Assembly (NCBI GenBank): GCA_002269645.1
Contig: NIVC01001131.1
Location: 124,001 to 188,000, forward strand
Origin: Macrostomum lignano
Lineage: Eukaryota
Reading direction: 5' to 3'
Length of the DNA stretch: 64,000 nt
Shown here: in pieces, positions 1 through 12,800 of the stretch
Position numbering within the stretch: position 1 is the stretch's first letter
Layout: the number at the start of each line of letters is the position of its first letter
Program-made: the position numbers and the translations under genes
The notes under the pieces: generated by a model
What the model was told of the DNA's origin: nothing
The model's input: only the letters and a program-made list of their open reading frames with translations
The model's database searches: none

Positions 1-28
1 ATAACCCTAACCCTAACCATAACCCTAA
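1..28 (-). repeat. Short telomeric-type tract (CCCTAA on +, TTAGGG on -)
   Basis: ataaccctaaccctaaccataaccctaa at the window start; about 4.5 units, one variant. Cannot tell whether it continues beyond the window. Confidence 0.8.
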
Positions 29-47
29 ATGTAATATTTTGTACATG

Positions 48-268
48 CGTTTTTGCATGATGCTTCTATGATACTTTGCATGACGCTTCCATGATTTTTC
101 ACATGACGCTTCCATGATTTTTACATAACGCTTCTATGATTTTTACATGACGCTTCTATGATTTTTACACAACGCTTCTATGATTTTTACATAACGCTTC
201 TATGATTTTTTTACATGACGTTTCTATGATTTTTTACATGACGCTTCTATGATTTTTAACATGACGCT
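48..268. repeat. Minisatellite, ~21-23 bp unit (tttttacatgacgcttctatga)
   Basis: About 10 consecutive imperfect copies. Confidence 0.9.
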
Positions 269-1159
269 TCAGTATCAGTCAGTATCAGTTAACAATATGG
301 TTACGCAATCTAAATCAAGTCTGGTGCTACGCTTCCACACTGCATTTTCAATACTGTGACGCAATTCAAGTCGGAGTTACAATTCAGTTATGATGCAATC
401 TATTTCAGAATCAGAATTCAACCAGTCAGTCTTTTCTCTAGCATTCTTACAATGCATTTCAAGTCGAAAATTTTGCTTGACCTTTGCAAAAAAGCACGTT
501 TTTCGAATATTTAATCCCTTTAGCATCGAGCAATTTCTTAGCCACGATGCATGTACCGTCACGGAAAAATTTCTGATCGAACAGTGCAAGTTCGAAGAAA
601 ATCTGTCCAGCCGTTCCGTCGGGAGAAAATCGATTTCGTGCAAGCAAGCAAGATTTTCATTTTTAGTATATTAGATTTAGTATATTTAATGGAAAAACTT
701 TTTCATTTTTAGAATACTAGATTTTTATTATACCCCCCTTAATTGGTTACGCAAGTTAAATAGAGTATTTATCTGGGCAGTGGGGCGCAGTGAGTTTTCT
801 CATCAGTTAGCGTCGATGCAATCATTAAAATTGGCTGTGAATTCTCTCGCTTCGCACAGGCTGATAAAATCTGCATTAAAAAAGCCCATTTAAAACAGTT
901 TTTCGAATATTTAATCCCCTTAGCATTGAGCTAGAGCTTAATAAAATTACATGTACCGTCCCGGGCACATTTGACATCTTTTGGCGAAGAAACGGAAAAA
1001 ATCGGTTGAGCCTTTCGGGAGATAATCGATTTCGTACAAGCAAGCAATTTTTTCATTTTTAGTATATTCGACTAGCCAATTCCAACCCCCGTTGGGGCTT
1101 TCCGTCCAAACTCCAATCACAGTTTTCCCACGCAATAAAATTTCACCCCACTGAATCCC

Positions 1160-3960
1160 CCGTCCAAAGAATCCCTCATCCAAAAAATCCCCCATCTATA
1201 AAATCTCTGATGCAAAGAATCTCACATGCAAAGAATTCTCTATCCAAAGAATCCGCCATCTAAAGAATCTCCATCGATAGAATCCACTCAATTCCCCACT
1301 CCACACAATCCACACAATTCCCCACTAAAGGAATCCTCCTAATCTGAAGAATTCCCCATCCAATGAATCGCCCATCCATAGAATCTCACATGCAAAGAAT
1401 CCTATATCCAAAGAATCCTCCATCCAAAGAACCCCCCATTGATAGAATCCTGATTCGAAGAATCCCCATCCAATGAATTTCCTATCCAAGGAATCCCCCA
1501 TACACAGAATCCCCATCCAAAGAATCTCAAATCCATCCCTATCCAAAGAATCCCCCCATCCTTCCATATCCAAAGAATCCCCATCCATCCCTATCCAAAA
1601 TATCCTCATCCATCCATATCCAAAGAATCCCAAATCCATCCCTATCTAAAGAATCCCCCCATCCATCCCTATCTAAAGAATCCTCCTATCCATCCCTATC
1701 CAGAAAAACCCGGCATCCATTCTTATCTAAAGAATCCCCCAATCCATCCATATCCAAAGAATCCCCATCTAAATAATCGACATCCAAATAATCCCCATCC
1801 ACAAAATCCCCATCTAAATAATCCAAAGATTCTCAAATCCAAATTATCCCTTATTTAAAAATCATTGACAAAATAATCCCCTCATCTAAAGAACCCCCGT
1901 CCAAATAATCCCAATCCAAAGAATCCAAAGAATCCCCCTCCAGAAAACCCCCCTCTAAAGAATCCACATTCAAATAATCCAACGAACCCCCCATCCAAAG
2001 AATCCAAAGAATCTCCCATCCAAATAGAATCCTTGGCCAAAGAATCCCCTCATCTACAGAACACCCATCCAAATAACCCCCATCTAAAGAATCCCCTCAT
2101 GCAAATAATCTCCGTCCAAACAATCCAAATCCAATCCAATCCAATCCAAAAGATCACTTTATCGGAAGAACCCTTCATCGAAAGAATCCCCCATCGAAGG
2201 AAGTTCCCAATGAATCACCTATCCAAAAATATCCATTAGAAACACCCCTCAACCAAAAATTTCCAATCCATAGAATTTTCCCCAAGACTTAATATCTCAG
2301 CAATTCCCCCAAGCCTTGACACCTCAGAAATCCCCCAAGCCTTGACATCTCAGCAATTTCCCTTTAAGCTCTGACATCTCAGCGATTCCGGCGCAAGCCT
2401 TAATATCTCAGTACGCCCGTAATTCCCAAAGTTAGCCTTGAAATCCTAGCCTTGATTCTTACCAAGCCTTGAAATCTCAGTAATTCCACTCCCAAAGACA
2501 TCTCAAAAATTACCCTTAAGCCTTGACATCTCAGTAATTCGCCCCCCCCCTAAGACTTGACATCTTAGCAATTTCTCCCCGTCTCAAGTCTTGACATCTC
2601 AGAAATTCCCCCCACGCCTTGACATCTCAGAAATTCCCCCAGTAAGCATTTATATCTCAGTAATTTCCCCAGTAAGTCTTGCCATCTCAGCAATTCCCCT
2701 CTGTAAGATTTGACATCTAAGGAATTTCCCATTAAGCAATTAAATCTCAGTAATTCACCCAGTAAGTCTTTATATCTCAGTAATTCCCCCCCCCCAGTAA
2801 ATCTTGACATCTCAGCAATTCCCCCCCCCCCTAAGACTTGACCTCCACAGAATCCCCGTTCAAAGAATCCCTCATCCAAAGAACCCCCCATCCATCCCAA
2901 TCCAAAGAACCCCCCATCCATTCCTATCCAAAGAATCCCCCATCCACGCCTATCCAAAGAATCCCCCTCTTAAGAATCTCCCATTCAAATAATCTCCCAT
3001 CAAAAGAATCCTTGGCCAAAGAATCCCCTCATCTAAAAAACCACCGTCGAAATACTCCCCATCCAAAGAATCCCCTCATAAAGAATCCCCTCAAATAATC
3101 TCATATCCAAAGGATCACTCTATAGAAAGAAGCCTTCATCTAAAGAATCCCCCATTCAAAGAACCCTTCATCGAAATAATAATCCCCCAACGAAGGAATT
3201 CCCCAATGAATCACTATCCAAAGATATATACTAGAAGCACCCTCCCTCATTCAAAGAATCCCCAATCCATAGAATTCCCCTAAAGACATGACATCTCAGC
3301 AATTCGCCCTCAGGACTTGAAATCTCTGCAATTCCCTTCTCTAAGATTTTGACATCTCAGAAATTCCCCCAAGCCTTCACATCTCAGCAATTCCCCCCTT
3401 AGACTTGATATCTCACAGATTTCCCCCTTCTAAGACTTGACATCTCAGGAATTTCCCCACCAAGCATTGACATCTCGGAAATTCCCCCAAGCCTTCACAT
3501 CTCAGCAATTCGCCCTCAAGCCTTGGCATCTCAGTAATTCCCCCCAAGCCTTGAAATCTCAGCAATTCCGTCTTACGTCTTGACATCTCGGCAAGTCCCT
3601 CTAAGCATTTGACATCTCAGCAATTCCCCCCCCCTAAGACTTGACATCTCAGGAATTTCCCCACCAAGCCTTGGCATCTCAGCAAGTCCCTCTTAAGCCT
3701 TGGCATCTCAGCAAGTCCCTCTTAAGCCTTGGCATCTCAGCAATTCTCCCCCCCCCCAAGACTTGACATCTCAAGAATTTCCCCACCAAGACTTGACATC
3801 TCAGGAATTTCCCCACCAAGCAAGTCCCTCTTAAGCATTGACATCTCAGCAATTCCCTCCCCCCTCTAAGCCTTGACATCTCAGCAATTCCCTCCCCCTC
3901 TAGGCCTTGACATCTCAGGAATTTCCCCACCAAGCCTTGACATCTCAGTGATTCCCCCAG
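1160..3960. repeat. Composite C-rich satellite with alternating blocks: atccaaagaatcccc type (~1160-2280, 2850-3270) and gacatctcagcaattcccc...aagcctt type (~2280-2850, 3280-3960)
   Basis: Two repeat motifs alternate. The segment near 2030-2290 recurs near 3010-3280, so the composite block was itself duplicated. Confidence 0.85.
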
Positions 3961-5454
3961 TTAGCAATCTCCCCCGAGCAAGCATTCCCAAAAGCAAGCG
4001 TCCTTCCGATAGCAAGCATCCCCTGATAGAAAGTACCCCCAGCAAGATTGTGAAACAATTTCGTCAGCTATTACAATAATTAATTTCTTATCTATTGGAA
4101 TAGTCCTTTTTAAAACTTTTCAAAATTTAAAGTTGAATAAAATTTTTGATTATACTACATGAACGCTCGTAGCTTCTTCTCTTTTACCTGATTTACTTGA
4201 CATTTTTAAGGTTCCTTTAGCTTTCTTGAAATTAAATTTTTTAATAAAAAACTTCAACACTCTAAAAATTCGAACCCACGTCGCTGCATTAGCAGTTCAG
4301 TCTGTTTACCTCTAGGCTAGCTCTCATCGTATTGATAACATGAATTGTAGCACTTATATATTTCAACACTTTGAAAACTCCCAGCATAGAGTAGAAATCA
4401 CTCGAAGCAGTTACGACGTAATCAATTTCTCAGGCAGTCAATATCAGTTTCAATTAATAAAGTCAACAATTAAAGTCAACAAAATGGTTACGCAATCTAA
4501 ATTTAGATCTAATGGCGCTGGCTTGAATTGTGGAGTTGCGATAAGTAGGGGTTTGCGATATGAGAGAGCGTACAATGAGAATATAGAGTAAAAGTATAGA
4601 AATTTCTTTTTTATGCTGTGCTTTTAGTTTTTCAAATCTCAGCAAACAGATTATATTCTCGAACTCAGCGTTTCTAGCTCTTTCCAGCAATACAAGGCTC
4701 TCTTCTGAAAGTGAAAAACTCGAGGCACAAACAACGGTTGGACATTCCTGCTTTAAAGCAGTCAAATTCATAAGGTGTACATTCAGCGCCAGCTACAGTG
4801 AGAGGCCTGCAGTTGATGCATTGAAATTCACAACTAAGCCAATGCCCGGGACTCATTGAATGGCAATACCCGCCCCTCAATTCAATAACTAAAAGGTGTT
4901 GCGCAACCTTTCAACGCTTATAGCTCTCCATTCCAGTGTAGAGAACCAATGCTATAGTTGGCACTGAGTTATGATGCAATACAATTCCATCGGCAGTCAG
5001 AATGCTTCTCAATCAGAAAAAGACTGTTTGAACTTTAAAAAACGGGGCAAAAGTCGAGTTTTTCGAACATTTAATCCCTAAAAAATGAAGCAATTTCTTA
5101 GCAAAATTTTGTGTACCAGCGCATCATCAATACGCATCGAATGCAGAAAACCCCACGAAATTCGGACCACGCAGAGTCAAGTTAAACTATTGGAGGAATT
5201 ATGGACAAGCATTTTAGTATATTTAGTATATTTAGAAGTCAAGTTAAACGAAGGTTCCTATAGATAGCACAGATACTATATAATAGATAGATAGGTACAT
5301 AGTTTTGATTTTTAGTATATTGGACTAGCAATCTTTGCCCCCCCCCCCCCGATAGGGGACATCTGGATAGAATCCTTGTTCTTTACAAATAACAAATAGA
5401 CAGCGAAATAAAGCCTTAAGAAAAAACAACAGACATTCCCTCTTAAAAACAAAA

Positions 5455-5965
5455 CATCCCAAGACAGCAAGCATCCTCAGACAGCATTCAAGCATCGATC
5501 CCCAAATAGCAAGCATCCCCCAGACTGCAAGCATCCCCCAGATAGCAAGCATCCCCCGATAGCAAGCAACCCCAGATAGCAAGCATTCCCCCAGACCCCA
5601 GATAGCAAGCATCCCCCAGATAGCAAGCATCCCGCAGATAGCAAGCATCACCCAGATAGCAAGCATCCCCCAGATAGCAAGCATCCCCCAGATCGCAAGC
5701 ATCCCCAGATAGCAAGCATTCCCCCAGACCCCAGATAGCAAGCGTCCCCCAGATAGCAAGCATCCCGCAGATAGCAAGCATCCCCCAGATAGAAAGCATC
5801 CCCCAGATCGCAAGCATCCCCCAGACAGCAAGCAACCCCTGATAGCAAGCATACCCTGGATACAAAGAGACCTTATAGATATCTAGCAACCCCCTCTCAG
5901 ATAGCAAGTACTCTCCACCCCCAAGAGCAAGCATCCCCCTGATAGCAAGCATCCACCAGAGAACA
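5455..5965. repeat. Minisatellite, ~18-19 bp unit (gatagcaagcatccccca)
   Basis: Many tandem copies; a short related patch lies at ~3975-4045. Confidence 0.9.
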
Positions 5966-6009
5966 AGTAGCTAGTGCAACAATTTCCTTAGCTTTATAAT
6001 GGTTCCATT

Positions 6010-8040
6010 TTGTTTGGCACGACACTTCTTTTATGTTTGAAATGGTGTCTCTTTTCTGTTAAAAAAGTGGCTCTTTAATGTTTGACATGGTAGCTCTTTT
6101 GTGTTTGACATGATAGCTCTTTAATGTTTGACGTGGTGGCTCTTTTGTGTTTGACATGATAGCTCTTTAATGTTTAACATTGTGGCTCTTCTATGTTTGG
6201 CATGGTAGCTCTTTAATGTTGACATGGTGGCTCTTCTATGTTTGCCATGGTGGCTCTTTAATGTTTGACATGGTGGCTCTTCTATGTTTGCCATGGTGGC
6301 TCTTTAATGTTTGACATGGTGGCTCTTCTATGTTTGCCATGGCGGCCCTTTTACGTTTGAAATGGTGTCTCTGTTATGTTTGACATGGTGGCTTAGTTGT
6401 TTGACATGGTGGCTCTTCTATGTTTGACATGGTGGCTCTTCTATGTTTGACATGGCGGCCCTTTTACATTTGAAATTGTGTCTTTTTATATTGGGCATAA
6501 TGGCTCAATAATGTTTTGACATGGTAGCTCTTTTATGTTTGATATGGTGGCTCCCTTATGTGTGACATGGTGTCTTTTTTATGTTTAATGTTTGACATGG
6601 AGTCATATATGTTTGACATGGAGTGATATATGTTTGACATGGTGGCTCTTTAATGTTTGACATTGAGTCACGTATATGTTTCAAATGATGGCTCTTTTAT
6701 GTTTGACATGAAGGCTCTTTTATGTTTGTCATGGTAGCTCTTTAATGTTTGACATGGTGGCTCTTCAATGTTCAACATGGTGGCTCTTTAATGTTCGACA
6801 TGGTGGCTCTTTTATGTTTGCCATGGTGGCTCTTTAATGTTTGACATGGTGGCTCTTCTATGTTTGCCATGGTGGCTCTTTAATGTTTGACATGGTGGCT
6901 CTTCTATGTTTTTGCCATGGCGGCCCTTTTACGTTTGAAATGGTGTCTCTGTTATGTTTGACATGGTGGCTTAGTTGTTTGACATGGTGGCTCTTCTATG
7001 TTTGACATGGTGGCTCTTCTATGTTTGACATGGCGGCCCTTTTAAATTTGAAATTGTGTCTTTTTATATTGGGCATAATGGCTCAATAATGTTTTGACAT
7101 GGTAGCTCTTTTATGTTTGATATGGTGGCTCCCTTATGTGTGACATGGTGTCTTTTTTATGTTTAATTTTTGACATGCAGTCATATTTGTTTGACATGGA
7201 GTCATATATGTTTGACATGGTGGCTCTTTAATGTTTGACATGGAGTCACGTATATGTTTGACATGGTGGCTCTTTTATGTTTGACATTGAGTCACGTATA
7301 TGTTTCACATGATGGCTCTTTTATGTTTGACATTGAGTCACGTATATGTTTCACATGATGGCTCTTTTATGTTTGACATGATGGCTCTTTTACGTTTGAC
7401 ATGGTGGCTCTTTAATGTTTGACATGGTGGTTTTCGATGTTCAACATGGTGGCTCTTTAATGTTCGACATGGTGGCTCTTTTATGTTTGAAATGTTGTCT
7501 CTGTTATGTTTGATATGGTGGCTCTTTTATGTTCGACATGGTGGCTCTTTTATGCTCGACATGGTGGCTCTTTTATGTTTGACATGGTGGCTCTTAAATG
7601 TTTGACATGGTGGCTCTTTAATGTTCGACATGGTGGCTATTTATTGTTTGACATGGTGGCTCTTTAATGTTTGACATGGTGGCTCTTTAATGTTTGACTT
7701 GGTGGCTCTTTAATGTTCGACCTATGGTGTCTCTTTTATGTTTGACATGGTGGCTCTTTAATGTTTGACATTGAGTCACGTATATGTTTCACATGATGGC
7801 TCTTTTATGTTTGACATGGTGGCTCTTCAATGTTCAACATGGTGGCTCTTTAATGTTCGACATGGTGGCTCTTTTATGTTTGACATGATGGCTCTTTTAT
7901 GTTTAAAATGTTGTCTCTGTTATGTTCGACATGGTGGCTCTTTTATGTTTGACATGGTGTCTCTTCTGTGTTCGACATGGTGGCACTTTTATGTTTGGCA
8001 TGGTGGCTCTTTTATATTTGACATTCCGCTTCTTTTATGT
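6010..8040. repeat. Minisatellite, ~23 bp unit (atgtttgacatggtggctctttt)
   Basis: About 2 kb of tandem imperfect copies with an internal higher-order duplication. Confidence 0.95.
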
Positions 8041-9803
8041 TTAGCATTTTTTGTTTTAAAGTGTTTTAATAAAAAAAATATTTTGCACTACTAAGATTCG
8101 AATTCAGCTCGCTACATTAGCAGTCCAGTCTGTTCGCATCTTGGCTATTCTCTTTTCAATTGGAGAACATGAATTGTGGCCCTTATAATTCAATTCTTAT
8201 AGCAAGTCAGTTAGAGTAAAAAGTTATGACATAATCAATTTCTCAGTCAGCCAGTATCAGTCTCAATTCAAGTTAGCAATATGGTTACGCAATTACAATC
8301 AAGTATTGTGTGCATTTTTTCGACACTGTTTTCATCTTGTTGTGATGCAATCTTTATCACAATTGAAATTCAGTCAGTCAGTTTTTTCTCTCGCATTTTT
8401 ACAATGCATTCTAGGTTGAAAGAGCTGCTTGACCTTTGCAAAAAAGCATGTTTTTCGAATATTTAATCTCTTTAAAATTGAGCAATTTTTTAGCCAAGAT
8501 GCATGTACCGTCCCAGGAAAATTTCTGATCAAATGGTGCAAGTTTGAAGAAAATCGGTTGAGCCATTTTTTCTGATATCTATCGCATAGCTAGTTAGTTA
8601 CAGACATTTCATTTTTAGTATATTGGATTGCGATCTCTAGAGCGTTATGGACAAGCAAGCATACAAATATTAGAGATTTAGTATATTTAGAAGGCCAACT
8701 CCTTCTCTGGAGGAGAAAGGGGAAGAACTCCCATCACCGGAATTCCATTCCCTGAACACCATCAGCTGAATCCCAAGACCCGAATCCCATCATCCAACTT
8801 TTCTCCAAATCTAAAGTTTCTCCAGAAACTGGACTCAATCGAAATTTTCTCCGTGAAACTAAAATCCTCTCCATTTTCTTAATTCTAAGCTTTCTGTTTC
8901 CATATTTAAAACAAACAACTTACATCCCTGAACTAAGCATTAAAAGATCTTTCCAGCAATATAAGTGTCTCCTCTCAAAGTTTAAAACTCGAGGTACAGT
9001 TAGCGTTTGAAATTTACTGATTTCCCGACTGCTTGCTAGAGAAGCTCGCAAGAATTTCACTGCCAAGCTAATACAAAGGGCGCCAATAATAAAACCAATT
9101 GAATCTGGACATGTCCTATCTATCTGTTGACACTGTACAACTTCTATGTACACTCAGCCCAAGCCCTACCCCCCGTTCCGGGGGAATCATTAATTTAATT
9201 GAACCCCCCAACACGCGGGGGGTATTTGCATTGAACGCGGAACACGCGCACCCACCCCCCAAAACACAGCGACCCGCGGGCGGAGGTTGGGGTGGCTATT
9301 TTTACAAACAGACTGCAACGAATCCACTGGAGAGGCAGAGTGGCCACAGAAGGGCCAAAGAAGGTTAGGAAATCAGTTTTCTGCTTTTTTAGGGATCTCA
9401 AAATGAAAAAATTAAAGATTAATATAGCTATAAACCCAGTCCGGAAAATTTGCAGTTTTCCCATATAAGTTTCATCGCTGACTTGCCAGTAGTCTAGGAG
9501 AAAAATTGCAACACACAAACAAACATCGCGTGAGTTTTAGTATTAACGAGGCCAACTCCTCCGATGGAGGAGAAAAGGGAAGAACTCCCATCACCGGAAT
9601 TCCATTCCCTGAAACCCCTTAGCTGAATCCCATGACCCGAATCCCATCATCAAAACATCTCCAAATCCATCAAACTCCTCTCCGCGAAACAGAAATCCTC
9701 TCCGTGAAACTGAAAACCATCGAAATCCTCTCCGTAAAACTGGACTCAATCGAAATTTTCTCCGTCAAAAAGAACTCAACTCTCAGGGTTCAGTGCCATC
9801 AGT

Positions 9804-12800
9804 GGTTAGGGTTAGGGTTAGAGCTGCACAGAGCTGCGGGTTGAAAGGCGTCGATAAGAATATTGAATTAATTGAATCAATTTATTGCGCAACCGATTTC
9901 TCATTCAGTCAGTATCAGGCTCAGGTAAAGTTAACAAAAAGTTGCGCAATCTAAATCAACCCTCCAATACAAAGCGACTGACCCCCTTCCTATACACAGC
10001 GCCAGTTAGAAGTTGAAACCCCCAACTTTATCTCTCACCTCTTGCCAAAATGAGTACAATCTTTGCAGCAAGTTAAAAGTACGGAAATAGTTTTTTGAAT
10101 GCTGTGCTTTTTCTTTTCACATTTAAAGCAAACAACTTATATCCCCGAACTCAGTATTGTAAGATCTTTCCAGTAATATAAGTCTCTCCTCTGAAAGTTT
10201 AAAACTCGAGGAACAGTTAGCGCTTGAAATTTCCTGATTTAAAGCATTAAAGTATCGAGTGTACGTTCACAGCCTGCTAAAGAGGCTCGCAAGTTTATTC
10301 ATTAAATTTTACTGCCCAGCAAATACACATGGCTGCCTATTGAATGCCGCCGATAATAAAACCAATTAAATCTCGACACAGTCCTAGCTATCTCCTTACA
10401 CTGTACAACTGCTATGTACACTCAGCCCAAGCCCAACCCCCTCCCATTCCGGGGAATCGTTAAATTTAATTGAACCCCCAACACGCGGGGGGGGGTTATT
10501 TGCATTGAACGCGTAACACGCGCACCCACCACCCCTCAATACACAGCGGCCCGCGGGCGGAGGTTGGGGTGGCTATTTTTACAAACTGGCTGCAGCCCCA
10601 GTCAGAGTGGCCAAAGAAGGTTATTGAGGGTTAAAAAAACAGTTTTCTGCTTTTTTAGGGATCTTAAAATGTAAAAATGAAAAATTAAAATAGCTATAAA
10701 CCCAATCCGGAAAATTTGCAGTTTTCCCATATAAGTTTCAACGCTGACTTGCCAGTAGTCTAGGAGAAAAATTGCAACACACAAACAAACATCGCACCAC
10801 TTTTAGTATTAAGACGAGTGGAACTCCTCCTTCGGAGGAGAAAGGGAAAGAACTCCCATCACCGGAATTCCATTTGCTGGAATCCATCAGCTGAAATTCT
10901 ATGATTTGAATCCCATCGTCCAAATCCTCTGTAAAGCCTTTCAAATACCTGCGCCCTGCGCTCTCATTTTTATCCTCTTCTTTCTCCTCACTAATTTCTC
11001 CTCTCCACTCTTTCAGCTCTCTCATCTCTGATACTTCATCACTCTACTCTCTCCTCTCTCCCTTCTCTCGCTTCTCTTTCCTTTATTCCTTCTCCTCACG
11101 CTTCTGTCTCCTCTCCACTCCCTTATTTATCTCTTCTCCTTCATCTTTCGTGTCTACTCTCTCCTGTCTCCTCTCTCCCCTCTTCTCTCCTCTCTCCTCT
11201 CTCATCTACTCTCTCATCTCTCTACTCTCTTATCTATCATCTTTCCTCTACCCTCTATCTCTTCTTTTTCTCCCATCTTTCTTCTCTCCTTTCTATCATC
11301 TCCTGTCTCTTCTCTTCTTTCTTTTCTCTCCTATCCATTTTGTCTTCTCTCCTCTCCTTTCTCCTCTCATATTCTCCCCTTTCTTCTCTAATTTCTAATC
11401 TCTTCTCTCTCTTATTTTCTCACTAATCTTCTTTCTCATCGCATCTCTCATCTCTCCTCTCTGCACTCTCATCTTTTTCCTCTTCTTTCTCCTCACTACT
11501 TTCTTCTCTTACCTCTCTCATCTCTGATCTTTTATCGCTCTCCTCTCTCGCCTCTCCTCTCGCTTCTCTCTCCTCTCTACCCTGTCATCTCTACTTCTCT
11601 ATTTATTTCTTCTCCCTCGTCTTTCGTCTCTACTCTATGCTCTTCTATTTCCTCTGTACGCTTTTATCCCCCTCTCTTCTCTCCTCTCATCTCTCCTGTC
11701 TCCCTCTGCTATCTCATATCCCCTCTTTCATTTCCTCTCTCCTCTTCTCTTCTTTCTCCCTTTTCATTCCCGCCTTACTCCCCTCTTCTCTCTCATCTCT
11801 AATCTCTCCTCTCTCATATCTACTCTCTTTTCTATCATCTCTCTTCTCTTTTCTCTCTTCTCTGACTGAGTGAAGGTGCAAAGTCCATCGAAATCCTCTC
11901 CATAAAACAGAAATACTTCTAAGTCCTTTTCGTTGAACAAAACTCCACCAAAAACCTCTTCATTGAACAGAACACAACACAACACAATCAAAAGCCTCTC
12001 CGTGAAGCTGACAACCACTGAAGTCCTCTCCGTGAAACTGAAAACCGTCGAAATCGTCTCCGTGAAACAGAACTTCATCAAATTCTTTTCATGAAACTGT
12101 ATTCCATCAAAATCCTCTCTTTTCAACGTCAATCTATCAATATAATCTTCGTCAAGCTGCGATTCATCAATTTTTAATCATAATACCCGACATCTCCATG
12201 AAATTGCAGTCCATCGAAACTGCTAAATAGAGATCCAAAAGATGCTTTCCATACTTAAAAGTATTCAAGTTAAAGGCGTCAGTGGTTAGGGTTCGATTTA
12301 GGGTTAGGGTTAGGGCTACCATAATTTCATCGTTCTTCAATTTCATTGCTATCTGTAGCCTCTACTGGGCATTCACTGTGTACACTGAGCCCTATCGCCG
12401 CCACCCCCAACACGGGGTGTTTTAATTGAATTGTACGCCAGAACACGTCTCAGAAAGTTAAAAGAAAGATTTTTTCTTGAATGCTGTGCTTTTTGTTTTC
12501 ATGTTTAAAGCAAGAAACTTATATCCCCGAACTCAGCGTTGCAAGCTCTTTCCAGCAATATAAGTCTCTCCTCTCAGAGTTTAAAAATCGAGGAACAGTT
12601 AGCGTTTGTAATTTCCCAATTTCCCGACTGCTTGCCTGAGAGGCTCGAAAGTTTTTTCATTGAATTTCACTGCCCAGCTAATACACGGGGCCGATAATAA
12701 AACCAAATGAATCTCGACACAGTCTATTTACACTGTACAACTGCTATGTACACTCAGCCCAAGCCCAACCCCCGTTCTGGGGGAAGCATTAACTTTAACT

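Noticed and set aside
1-28. True chromosome end
   Set aside because: Only about 4.5 repeats visible, one variant; cannot be distinguished from an interstitial tract without upstream sequence.
6010-8040. CRISPR-like appearance of the 23-31 bp repeats here and at 54.2 and 62 kb
   Set aside because: Head-to-tail with no unique spacers, no cas genes, eukaryotic context.
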